Assembly (NCBI GenBank): GCA_045540515.1
Contig: JAZQHJ010000173.1
Span: forward strand, 6,347-70,346
Direction: 5' to 3'
DNA length: 64,000 bases
Source: Eubacteriales bacterium
GTDB lineage: Bacteria; Bacillota; Clostridia; Oscillospirales; CAG-272
Below, piece by piece: positions 54,668 through 62,594 of this stretch. Below the pieces are notes generated by a model, which worked only from the letters and a program-made list of their open reading frames with translations, searched no databases and was not told the DNA's origin. The number at the start of each line of letters is the position of its first letter. The stretch's first letter is position 1. The translations under genes and the position numbers were made by a program.

Positions 54668-57600
54668 ATGCTAATAAATGAATTTATTAAGGCAGGAGAG
54701 GTATGGGATGCGTATAAGCAATCATATCGTTCTCAAAAAGAAAGCTACAAAAAAAGCTACGAGACTCAAAAAGCGCAAAAGATAAACGAGCAAGGTACAC
54801 TTTATAAAAAGATTAATGACCTTAAATTAAAAATCAATCAAAATGAAGAAAGCCTTCGTGCGCTTGTTTCAGAAACCTTTGAAAGCGTTGCATTTGAAAG
54901 GATAAAAAGGTCAGTGAGCGCTTTTGGCATCACCTCAAGCAAAAGGGACAGAAGCATTGATATTGAAAACGTCAAGAGTGAGTTAAAAAGGGCACTGCTA
55001 GAAAAGAAGGCTTGCGAGGCAAGAGTCCCAAAAATTCAAGATGAAATAAACGAGCTTGACAAGGCATATCAAGAAAAAGATGCTAAGCTTGATAATGACT
55101 ATCAAAGCAAAAAGCAAGAAACAGAGAAAAAGGTTATTGCAAAATATGATGCCGAGACAAAAAGATGCGTTCGTAAATATAGCTCTAAAACAACAGTTCC
55201 AGAGCCACCAAGCCTACCACCTAAAAAGGTTATTCTTGGAACTCAAAGAGCGGTGGTTTCAACGCTTAACGATGTTTTACCAGGTCCAATATATATGCCA
55301 TATGAGGTGGATGTAAAGGACAATGGAAGCTTTGCAATAAACGTAAGCCAAAATGCACTAAATAGTAGAATCACAGAAAGCATAATGGTAGGAATGCTTC
55401 TTAAATACATAGATTCATTTCCTGCAAAAAAGCTTCATATAGGTGTATTTAGTCCAACACTTGCATCCTTTAACCATTTGAATGCTCTTTACAACGCAAT
55501 GAAGAGTGAGGGCTGTACAGTGCTTCCAGAGGGCATTAGCTCGGCAAATAGAATAGATGAGCTGTTTAATGCAATTGATGTAAAGGCAAAGGGAATAAGG
55601 GATGATAAAATTTTACGCTCGGGACTTAGCAACATTTTTGACTTATATGATGCAGGTCAGACAACCGAGACCTTTACTGTCGTTGTTTTACATAATGCTC
55701 TATCAAGCCTAAATGATGAGGAAATAAACAAGCTTTCCAGCTTCATAAAGGGCTATCACAGATGTGGAGTTAGATTTATAATAGTAGAGGATTTTTCATC
55801 TATAAATACAAGAAGCTCAATAAATTATGCAAGAGCACTTGATGAAATAAAGCAGAGCTGTACAAGAATTGATATAAATGAAAAAGGAATAGCAAGGGTT
55901 GATGGTATAGAAACCTCTATGATGTCCTTAATGCCTGATTTTGATGAAATTAAGGTTTATAACTACTGTATTGATTATCTTAAAAAGGAGAAAAAATCAG
56001 CATACGTCACCTACGAAAGCATTGGCTTTGGCAAGGAGACACCTGACGCTGATGAATATACAAGAATACTAATACCAGTTGCAACAACTGGCTCTGGGGC
56101 TTGGCATATGAAGTTTGCTTGCGAAATCAACGAATCAAAGCTGGCTCCGATTGCAAATCTTATACTTGGAGAGTCTGGCTCGGGAAAATCCTGCTTGATT
56201 GAATCAATGATATATAATGCTTCAATGAAATATTCTCCTGATGATTTAATTTTCCATTTTCTTGATTTTAAACAGAATTCAACAGCGGGCTTATATCTTA
56301 ATGAAACATACAAAATTCCCCATATAAAGGTGCTAACGGCAGATAGCAAGCCAGAAGAGGCAAGCTTTATTCTTGATAATATATTAGAAGAAAACATAAA
56401 AAGAATAAAGACATTTTCCGATCTTGGAGAAAAGTACAAAACAGCAATAAAAAATATAGCACAATATAATAAGTTTATTGTAACTAACGGCGTACAGATT
56501 TCAAAAATGCCACGACTTATTATAATAGTGGACGAGTGCCAATATCTTTTTGCATCTGACGCACTTGTAGATAAGCTGACTTCAATAGTAAGACTAGGAA
56601 GAAGCCAAGGTATTCACATAGTTCTAGCGACACAAACACTAAACTCAACCATGAGAAGCTGGGTATCTAAATTTGTTAATGGATTATATGTTTATTCATC
56701 TCCACAAGAGGATATAGAGGCAATTTTGGATAAGCAATATCATAAGCGTGTTAACACCGAGGCTCCTGTGGGATCGTTTCAATGCTTTGCTTCGGATAAT
56801 GGAGGAAGCTTGTGTACAAAGATAACCCCTGCCTTCTATGGAGATCCACCAGAGCCTATAAGCTATTCAAACGCAATAAGAAGCAAATGGAGTAGCTATC
56901 CATGCGACACTGTTGTAATAGGCGAAAAGAGAGATCTTTATATAAATAACGAGGATTATCAAAAAATCCTTGGCAAGCTTGATAATTATAAAATTGCCTT
57001 TGGAGAAAATTATCAAAACAGAGAGCCATTTTATTTTGAGTTGAAGCAAAAAATAGGACAAGGTGTTGATAAAATAGGTTCAGTTGTCCTTATTGGAGAC
57101 AATGATGTTATTGCATCAAGTCTTTGTACGTCTGTTTTGTTAAGTGCAAAAAGAAACAAAACAAAGGTATATGCAATAGATATGTCAAGGTCACAAACAC
57201 TTGCAACAATAAAAAGCAAATGCTTTGATTCTGATTCATCAATCTTTGTAGGAAAGGGCGCTGATTATAACTCTACCATTGCAAAGGTTTATATGGAATA
57301 TGAAGCAAGATGCGCTGAGTTCAACAATGACCCGTCTGCAAAATTTGAGCCCATTATTTTAATGATAAATTCTGCTGACCGTATAAATGATTATAATAAC
57401 AATACATTGTATGAAATTAAGGCCGAGCAAAAGGAGAAAAAATCCAGCGCTGATTCAAATAATCCGTGCATAGGCATTCCTGGATATGCTCCGCTTGATG
57501 ATTATATAAGTGATGAGGAAAGCGATACAAATAATGAGTATTCTGCAAAGATAAAGGTAAGGGACGCTCTTTACGAAATTCTTAAAAAAGGTGCAGATTA

Positions 57601-57871
57601 TGGAATAGTTGTGTGCCTGTGGGCAAACGACAATGAAGAAATTAAAGCAAAGCAAACGGGCTTTATCAAGCTAGCGTTTAACGCAATCCCTTCAAACATC
57701 TCATCATATTTTGATAATTCGTTCTATGAAAGAATGACTGATGGTATGAGTCAGACCATGGCATTTGTTAACCATTACGATGCTACTGTGGGAAGATTGA
57801 ACAAGCGTATCAGGGTATATCAATATGATTTGGATGACGAGGATTTAATTAAATTTATTAGAACATTATAA
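54668..57871 (+). CDS. FtsK/SpoIIIE-family ATPase, three P-loop-like modules (only the middle one intact), N-terminal coiled coil, no TM or FHA domain
   Basis: Walker A GESGSGKS (aa 501-508), Walker B IIIVDECQ (aa ~618-625) and LGRSQGIHIVLATQ. The flanking modules are degenerate (FTVVVLHN...GVRFIIVED and SVVLIGDND...PIILMINSADR). Confidence 0.8.
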   Translation: MLINEFIKAGEVWDAYKQSYRSQKESYKKSYETQKAQKINEQGTLYKKINDLKLKINQNEESLRALVSETFESVAFERIKRSVSAFGITSSKRDRSIDIENVKSELKRALLEKKACEARVPKIQDEINELDKAYQEKDAKLDNDYQSKKQETEKKVIAKYDAETKRCVRKYSSKTTVPEPPSLPPKKVILGTQRAVVSTLNDVLPGPIYMPYEVDVKDNGSFAINVSQNALNSRITESIMVGMLLKYIDSFPAKKLHIGVFSPTLASFNHLNALYNAMKSEGCTVLPEGISSANRIDELFNAIDVKAKGIRDDKILRSGLSNIFDLYDAGQTTETFTVVVLHNALSSLNDEEINKLSSFIKGYHRCGVRFIIVEDFSSINTRSSINYARALDEIKQSCTRIDINEKGIARVDGIETSMMSLMPDFDEIKVYNYCIDYLKKEKKSAYVTYESIGFGKETPDADEYTRILIPVATTGSGAWHMKFACEINESKLAPIANLILGESGSGKSCLIESMIYNASMKYSPDDLIFHFLDFKQNSTAGLYLNETYKIPHIKVLTADSKPEEASFILDNILEENIKRIKTFSDLGEKYKTAIKNIAQYNKFIVTNGVQISKMPRLIIIVDECQYLFASDALVDKLTSIVRLGRSQGIHIVLATQTLNSTMRSWVSKFVNGLYVYSSPQEDIEAILDKQYHKRVNTEAPVGSFQCFASDNGGSLCTKITPAFYGDPPEPISYSNAIRSKWSSYPCDTVVIGEKRDLYINNEDYQKILGKLDNYKIAFGENYQNREPFYFELKQKIGQGVDKIGSVVLIGDNDVIASSLCTSVLLSAKRNKTKVYAIDMSRSQTLATIKSKCFDSDSSIFVGKGADYNSTIAKVYMEYEARCAEFNNDPSAKFEPIILMINSADRINDYNNNTLYEIKAEQKEKKSSADSNNPCIGIPGYAPLDDYISDEESDTNNEYSAKIKVRDALYEILKKGADYGIVVCLWANDNEEIKAKQTGFIKLAFNAIPSNISSYFDNSFYERMTDGMSQTMAFVNHYDATVGRLNKRIRVYQYDLDDEDLIKFIRTL

Positions 57872-57883
57872 AGGAGAACTTTT

Positions 57884-58171
57884 ATGAAGCTTCCAGAAAG
57901 AATAGAAGAAATAAATATGGATCCCGAAGCTGTAAGGGAGCAAATCAAAAAAATATCTGGAGAATTTGAAAAAATAGGCGAAATTAGCGAAAGAACGAAA
58001 AACAATCTAGTTGCGCTTGAGGGTAACTTTAAAAGTGGAAACTATATAAGAGCAGCAGAGGCAATAGGATCTGTAAGAGCTAAAATGACAAAAGCAGAGG
58101 TGGAATTTGATGAGCTTATTCGCTCTTGCGACTCCCTTGTAAAGAAAGTTGAAGAAATAACAAAAAGATAA
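57884..58171 (+). CDS. WXG100-like small helical protein (FKSGN variant), paralog of 58454-58741
   Basis: 95 aa and predicted all-helical. The central turn LEGNFKSGNYIRAAEAIGS sits where WXG100 proteins carry W-x-G. The gene lies immediately downstream of the FtsK-like ATPase. Confidence 0.5.
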   Translation: MKLPERIEEINMDPEAVREQIKKISGEFEKIGEISERTKNNLVALEGNFKSGNYIRAAEAIGSVRAKMTKAEVEFDELIRSCDSLVKKVEEITKR

Positions 58172-58182
58172 GGAGGCTAATT

Positions 58183-58440
58183 ATGGCACAGGGACAAATC
58201 ATAGAAACAAAGGGCATATTGCTTCAAGTTATAAAGGATTTAACAAAATATAAGGATGAAGTTGATAAAATAATGAAATCAATTCTTCAAAAGACCAATG
58301 AGCTAAATAACGATTGGAAGGATGCTCAATACACCAAGTTTCAGGCTTATATTGAGGATATTAAAAAAGGGATCGATAATGATTTGAAAGAGCTTGATGA
58401 ATGTGTTGCAGTATTAAAGAAAAGAGCGGAGCTCTATTAA
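58183..58440 (+). CDS. WXG100-like small helical protein (WKD variant)
   Basis: 85 aa. The central NNDWKDAQYTKFQAYIEDI resembles the W-x-G-x-A-x-x-F core with Gly replaced by Asp. Confidence 0.5.
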   Translation: MAQGQIIETKGILLQVIKDLTKYKDEVDKIMKSILQKTNELNNDWKDAQYTKFQAYIEDIKKGIDNDLKELDECVAVLKKRAELY

Positions 58441-58453
58441 TTAAGGACTAAAA

Positions 58454-58741
58454 ATGGGAAATATGGATGCATATGTAGATACCAACGCATTGAGAGATGG
58501 TGGTTCAAGTCTTGTGCAAAAAGCAGAAGGAATGCTTGAAATAACAAATCAACTCAAAAATAATCTTAACGCAATTTCTAATTATTTTAAAAGTGGAAAT
58601 CAAGAGCGTGCAGCAGAGGCAGTTGGAAATTCAGCCGTCGTTGTAAAAGACGTAGCTGATAAGCTGGAAATGCTTAACAAAAAGATGAATGAGCTTGCAT
58701 GCTGTATTGACGAATACGAGGAATGCACCTATGGCAAGTAA
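58454..58741 (+). CDS. WXG100-like small helical protein (FKSGN variant)
   Basis: 95 aa. The central ISNYFKSGNQERAAEAVGNS is paralogous to 57884-58171. The tail reads CCIDEYEECTYGK. Confidence 0.5.
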   Translation: MGNMDAYVDTNALRDGGSSLVQKAEGMLEITNQLKNNLNAISNYFKSGNQERAAEAVGNSAVVVKDVADKLEMLNKKMNELACCIDEYEECTYGK

Positions 58742-58759
58742 TAATAAGAGGTGAATCTT

Positions 58760-59320
58760 ATGGATATACAAAACCAAAATTTTATAAGCTTTATAAACCT
58801 AGCAGAGCAGAAATTTGAGGCAAAGTATAAGGAATATATTGAAAAGAAAAGAAACGACGAAGCAGAGGCAAACCGTAAGCTAGGCGAAATATCCAATTTG
58901 CTAAATCAGCTATCAAATCACAAAAGCATGATAAAAAATCCTATCCTTGCCCAAAGATTTCTTGATATTTTGAATAGAATTAGCCAAACAAATATCAGCG
59001 GAACCCCAAGCTATGCAAAGCTTGTATATTATTTAAATCGCTTAAATGATATTAAGCATGATGAATTTGCTTTAAAGAACAATCCTAGCTATTGCAATAC
59101 TGTTTTGACAAAAATAGCACAGCAATATATACTCATATACAGAAAGCTTGAAAGCGACAAAAAATCAATTGAAGTGCAATTTAAGGCTGAGTCTGATAGG
59201 CTTTTTAATGAATACAAGAATGCTATGCAAGAAAACGCCTATGCTGTTGTTAAAAGAGCAAGACAATATGCAGGAGTCGAGGCAGATGCATTAATAAAGC
59301 AAATTGAAGATAGCATATGA
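58760..59320 (+). CDS. hypothetical helical protein (186 aa)
   Basis: ATG at 58760 follows AGAGGTG. The protein is K/E/N-rich and helical, with no recognised family. Confidence 0.4.
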   Translation: MDIQNQNFISFINLAEQKFEAKYKEYIEKKRNDEAEANRKLGEISNLLNQLSNHKSMIKNPILAQRFLDILNRISQTNISGTPSYAKLVYYLNRLNDIKHDEFALKNNPSYCNTVLTKIAQQYILIYRKLESDKKSIEVQFKAESDRLFNEYKNAMQENAYAVVKRARQYAGVEADALIKQIEDSI

Positions 59321-59328
59321 GGTGAAAA

Positions 59329-59601
59329 ATGGCTAAAAATAAAGTAAAAAGCACGGTTCAAAACGCGAGCCGACGTGTTGATTATGATGCCAACACACAG
59401 GTCGCACTTGCAAGCTATTTTGGCGCACCAAGCATGGTGGATGAAGCAACTGTAAAGGAATTTGAAAAGGATTTTAATGCTGATAACAAATATACAAGGG
59501 GAACACATTTCAAGGAATTTATTTCAAGAAATCGCAGACCAATTACAATATCTGCAATAGTGGTTGCCGTAGTGTCTGTTCTTCTTGTGATTATATTCTA
59601 G
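59329..59601 (+). CDS. tail-anchored small membrane protein
   Basis: 90 aa with a single C-terminal TM segment ITISAIVVAVVSVLLVIIF. RBS is GAGGTG. Confidence 0.45.
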   Translation: MAKNKVKSTVQNASRRVDYDANTQVALASYFGAPSMVDEATVKEFEKDFNADNKYTRGTHFKEFISRNRRPITISAIVVAVVSVLLVIIF

Positions 59602-59602
59602 T

Positions 59603-59971
59603 ATGTGGAACAGGAACAAAATGGAACAAATAAACCCAAAAAGTCAAGGCAAGAGAACGGCAATGATAACGCTTATATGCGTTGTGCTAATGCTTATAAT
59701 GTCAGCCCTTGCATATATTCTTGGCATAAAGGCACAGGAGCTTATTCGCTTCGGGAAAAGCCCCACAGCCTTTGCAATAGCAACAGTGGTTGTAGCAATT
59801 TTGGCATTTATTTTAGTGGCACTGGCACTTTTCTTTGGCATAAAAATGCTAAGAATGTTAAATGGCAGAGAAATGGGCTATTATATAATTATCAGCATAT
59901 ATTTGATTTTTATTGCATTTATGCTATTGCTTTCAATAAGTGGCATAATGATTGCAATTCCGCTAATATAA
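59603..59971 (+). CDS. small polytopic membrane protein (3-4 TM)
   Basis: Hydrophobic segments MITLICVVLMLIMSALAYILGI, AFAIATVVVAILAFILVALALFFGI and YYIIISIYLIFIAFMLLLSISGIMIAIPLI. The true start may be ATG 59621. Confidence 0.45.
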   Translation: MWNRNKMEQINPKSQGKRTAMITLICVVLMLIMSALAYILGIKAQELIRFGKSPTAFAIATVVVAILAFILVALALFFGIKMLRMLNGREMGYYIIISIYLIFIAFMLLLSISGIMIAIPLI

Positions 59972-59979
59972 AAGCAAAA

Positions 59980-60012
59980 GGAACAGACGGTAGGTCTGTT
60001 CCTTTTTATATT
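59980..60012. terminator. bidirectional terminator closing the island
   Basis: Stem GGAACAGAC/GTCTGTTCC with loop GGTAG, an A-run upstream and TTTTTATATTTT downstream. It is shared with the convergent minus-strand gene. Confidence 0.75.
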
Positions 60013-60459
60013 TTATCGCTTGTATAAGCTGTGACCGTTATAGCTACAGGAAATTTTGTCCTCTCTTACAGTTACAGTCATAGTGTTCCAATCTGGTGCG
60101 TTTTTGTCCTTAACAATGTATTCAAGGTTTAAATGATATTCTATATATTCATCATCCTCATATACCCTGTCAATTGTATAGTAGCCATATGAAACATAAT
60201 AGCTCTGCTTGTCTGGTACACCGTCCTTGTAGCTACTAGCTGTATATCTTATTACAAAGGTTTTTGTTGCGTCGTTGATTTTTTCATCGTAAAGCTCAAG
60301 CCCCCAAGAGGAGTGAGAATACATTGAACCTCCACCGAAAGTATAATATCCATTTATGTCGCTATCTCTCCAAGCGTCTGAATTTTTACAGGAGACGCAA
60401 AGAAAAGCACAAGGGATAAGGGTGATAAGAATTAAAAATGTTGAAATTAGTCTTTTCAT
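60013..60459 (-). CDS. putative secreted/lipoprotein of unknown function
   Basis: Start at MKRLISTFLILITLIPCAFLCVSCKN (ATG 60459 after GGAGA), giving a signal peptide with Cys candidates. The mature part is Y/D-rich. Confidence 0.5.
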   Translation of the reverse strand: MKRLISTFLILITLIPCAFLCVSCKNSDAWRDSDINGYYTFGGGSMYSHSSWGLELYDEKINDATKTFVIRYTASSYKDGVPDKQSYYVSYGYYTIDRVYEDDEYIEYHLNLEYIVKDKNAPDWNTMTVTVREDKISCSYNGHSLYKR

Positions 60460-60475
60460 TTTGCTTTCTCCGAGC

Positions 60476-62005
60476 TTAAAGTGTCTTTGATGCAAGGTCC
60501 TCAAGCGCAAGACCTGCCTTGTATGCCTTCATAAAGCTAGCAAACTTAGCCTTTTCCTTGCTTGAGGCAATGGTTGTTTCCTTCTTTGCACCACTAAATA
60601 GCTTGTCAAGGAAGCTACCCAAGGAAGCCTCATTTTCTGTGCAGAAAAGAGCAAGTAGAGCAATTCCCCAAGCACCGCCCTCACCTGCATTTTTCATAAC
60701 AGTAATGGGCGCACCAAGTGCAGCACTCATTGCGTTTGCACCGATGAAAGGAGTTTTAAAGAAGCCACCATGACCACAAATTTCGTCAATTTGAACGTTT
60801 TCCTTTTCAAGCACCTCCATACCAACACTCATAGCACCAAGCGCAGAGTATAGCTGCATTTGCATAAAGTTTGCAAGAGTTAGCTTGCCAGCTGGATTTC
60901 TTGCAATAAGAGGAATACCTCTTTGAATATCAACAATTGGCTCACCGGATAAGAAGTTGTAGCCTACAAGACCACCAACCTCATCATCACTGCTTGCACT
61001 AACCTCATATAGCATATCAAAAAGCTTACCCTTATTCATTGATAGCCCTGCAAGTGTAAGTAGCTCATCAAACAAGGATGCCCATGCGTTAATTTCAGAT
61101 GTAAAGTTGTTTGCGTGTACCATTGCAACAGTATCACCACAAGGTGTTGCAACAACGTCAATTGAGGTGTTAACTGTGGAAAGTGGCTTTTCAAGAACTA
61201 CCATAGCAAAGGCAGAGGTTCCTGCTGAAACATTACCTGTTCTTGGCTTGATTGCATTTGTAGCCACCATGCCAGTGCCTGCATCACCCTCAGGAGGACA
61301 AAGCTTAGCGCCAGCCTTAAGCTTACCACTTACGTCAAGAAGTCTAGCACCCTCTTCTGTAAGAGCACCCGCATCCTCACCTGCTAGAAGTGGTGTAGGT
61401 AGCAAGGACTCAAATGGTGTATCTATGCCGTGAGTCTTTAAAAGCTTATTGAATTTTGCAAGTCTTTCCTTGTCGTAGTCGTCTGCTATGGTTGGGAACA
61501 TTCCTGCTGCATCACCAATTCCAAGCACCCTTTTGCCTGTTAACAAATAATGCACATAGCCTGCAAGGGTTGTAAGGAATGTAATGCTTGGAACGTGCTC
61601 CTCATTATCCAAAACAGCCTGATAGTAGTGTGAGGTTGACCAACGCTGTGGCATATTAAAGTCAAGCTCCCTTGTTAAAATTTCGGCAGCCTTGGCAGTT
61701 GTAGTGTTTCTCCACGTTCTAAATGGAACAAGAAGGTTGTCGTCCTTGTCAAAGGCAAGATAGCCGTGCATCATAGCAGAAATTCCAATGCCGTCAAGCT
61801 CAGTAATTTCGCCATAGCTTTTAACAAGAGATGCGTATGAATCCTGTAAGCCAGAGATAACGGCATCAAGAGAATATGTCCAATAGCCGTTTTCAAGCTG
61901 ATTTTCCCATTCGTGTGAGCCCTGTGCAAGCACAGCACCGCTTTCGTTTATAAGAACAGATTTGATTCTAGTTGAGCCAAGCTCAATTCCAAGTATTTTT
62001 TTCAT
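60476..62005 (-). CDS. FGGY-family carbohydrate kinase
   Basis: The N-terminus ILGIELGSTRIKSVLI is the actin-fold phosphate-1 motif. The protein is 509 aa. Substrate was not assignable. Confidence 0.7.
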   Translation of the reverse strand: MKKILGIELGSTRIKSVLINESGAVLAQGSHEWENQLENGYWTYSLDAVISGLQDSYASLVKSYGEITELDGIGISAMMHGYLAFDKDDNLLVPFRTWRNTTTAKAAEILTRELDFNMPQRWSTSHYYQAVLDNEEHVPSITFLTTLAGYVHYLLTGKRVLGIGDAAGMFPTIADDYDKERLAKFNKLLKTHGIDTPFESLLPTPLLAGEDAGALTEEGARLLDVSGKLKAGAKLCPPEGDAGTGMVATNAIKPRTGNVSAGTSAFAMVVLEKPLSTVNTSIDVVATPCGDTVAMVHANNFTSEINAWASLFDELLTLAGLSMNKGKLFDMLYEVSASSDDEVGGLVGYNFLSGEPIVDIQRGIPLIARNPAGKLTLANFMQMQLYSALGAMSVGMEVLEKENVQIDEICGHGGFFKTPFIGANAMSAALGAPITVMKNAGEGGAWGIALLALFCTENEASLGSFLDKLFSGAKKETTIASSKEKAKFASFMKAYKAGLALEDLASKTL

Positions 62006-62136
62006 AAAAATGCTCCTTTAAGTATATTACAAGGTAATTGTATCATATTTATTAGAATAAAACAAGCAAAAATATTGACAAGATTAAAACAAATATGTTA
62101 AAATCTAACTGTATTAAATTTAAAAGGAGAAATATT

Positions 62137-62550
62137 ATGAACGTACAATCAGTTATCAATTATTGCTCAGGTCTTTCATACCGTCAGCTTGAAAACTTCG
62201 CAGGTGAAAACTATCTTGAGGTTTACAACTATATGAAGGCAAACTATGACGGAGAAAAGGTAAACACACTTCTTATCGGCTCAATCTTTACATGCGTTGC
62301 AGCTGACGGAAAGTTTAATGATGCAGAATGGCAATTCATTTCAAGCTTCATTGGTGGTTACAGCTATGATGAAGCATATGCAGTTGCAGGTGAGTTTTAT
62401 AATGATGAGGCTCAGGACATCGTTGCTCAGCTTGCTAGCCTATTCCCAAGCCACATAAGAGATGCTTTCATCAGCCTTTGTCTTGCAGTTCTTTGTGTTG
62501 ACGGCAGAGTTGCAGATTACGAAAGATACTTCCTTAACAAGATTTTATAA
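62137..62550 (+). CDS. TerB-like domain protein (137 aa)
   Basis: ATG at 62137 follows AAAGGAGA. It carries paired motifs VAADGKFNDAEWQFI and LCVDGRVADYERYFL (DG-x5-E twice). Confidence 0.6.
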   Translation: MNVQSVINYCSGLSYRQLENFAGENYLEVYNYMKANYDGEKVNTLLIGSIFTCVAADGKFNDAEWQFISSFIGGYSYDEAYAVAGEFYNDEAQDIVAQLASLFPSHIRDAFISLCLAVLCVDGRVADYERYFLNKIL

Positions 62551-62557
62551 TAAAAAC

Positions 62558-62581
62558 GGACACCTTATTGGTGTCCTTTTT
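62558..62581 (+). terminator. rho-independent terminator
   Basis: Stem GGACACC/GGTGTCC with loop TTATT, followed by TTTTT. Confidence 0.8.
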
Positions 62582-62594
62582 ACAAGGTGAGAAA

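Noticed and set aside
39908-60012. The island as a mobile element (ICE, prophage or transposon).
   Set aside because: I recognised no integrase, recombinase, transposase, relaxase, phage structural gene, tRNA target or flanking direct repeats. Codon style and RBS usage look like the rest of the window. GC skew and composition were not computed.
59605-60027. A 140-aa plus-strand ORF overlapping the last island gene in another frame.
   Set aside because: The frame starting at 59603/59621 encodes clean TM helices. The alternative frame is Cys/Asn/Gly-rich with no RBS, and it runs through the terminator hairpin.
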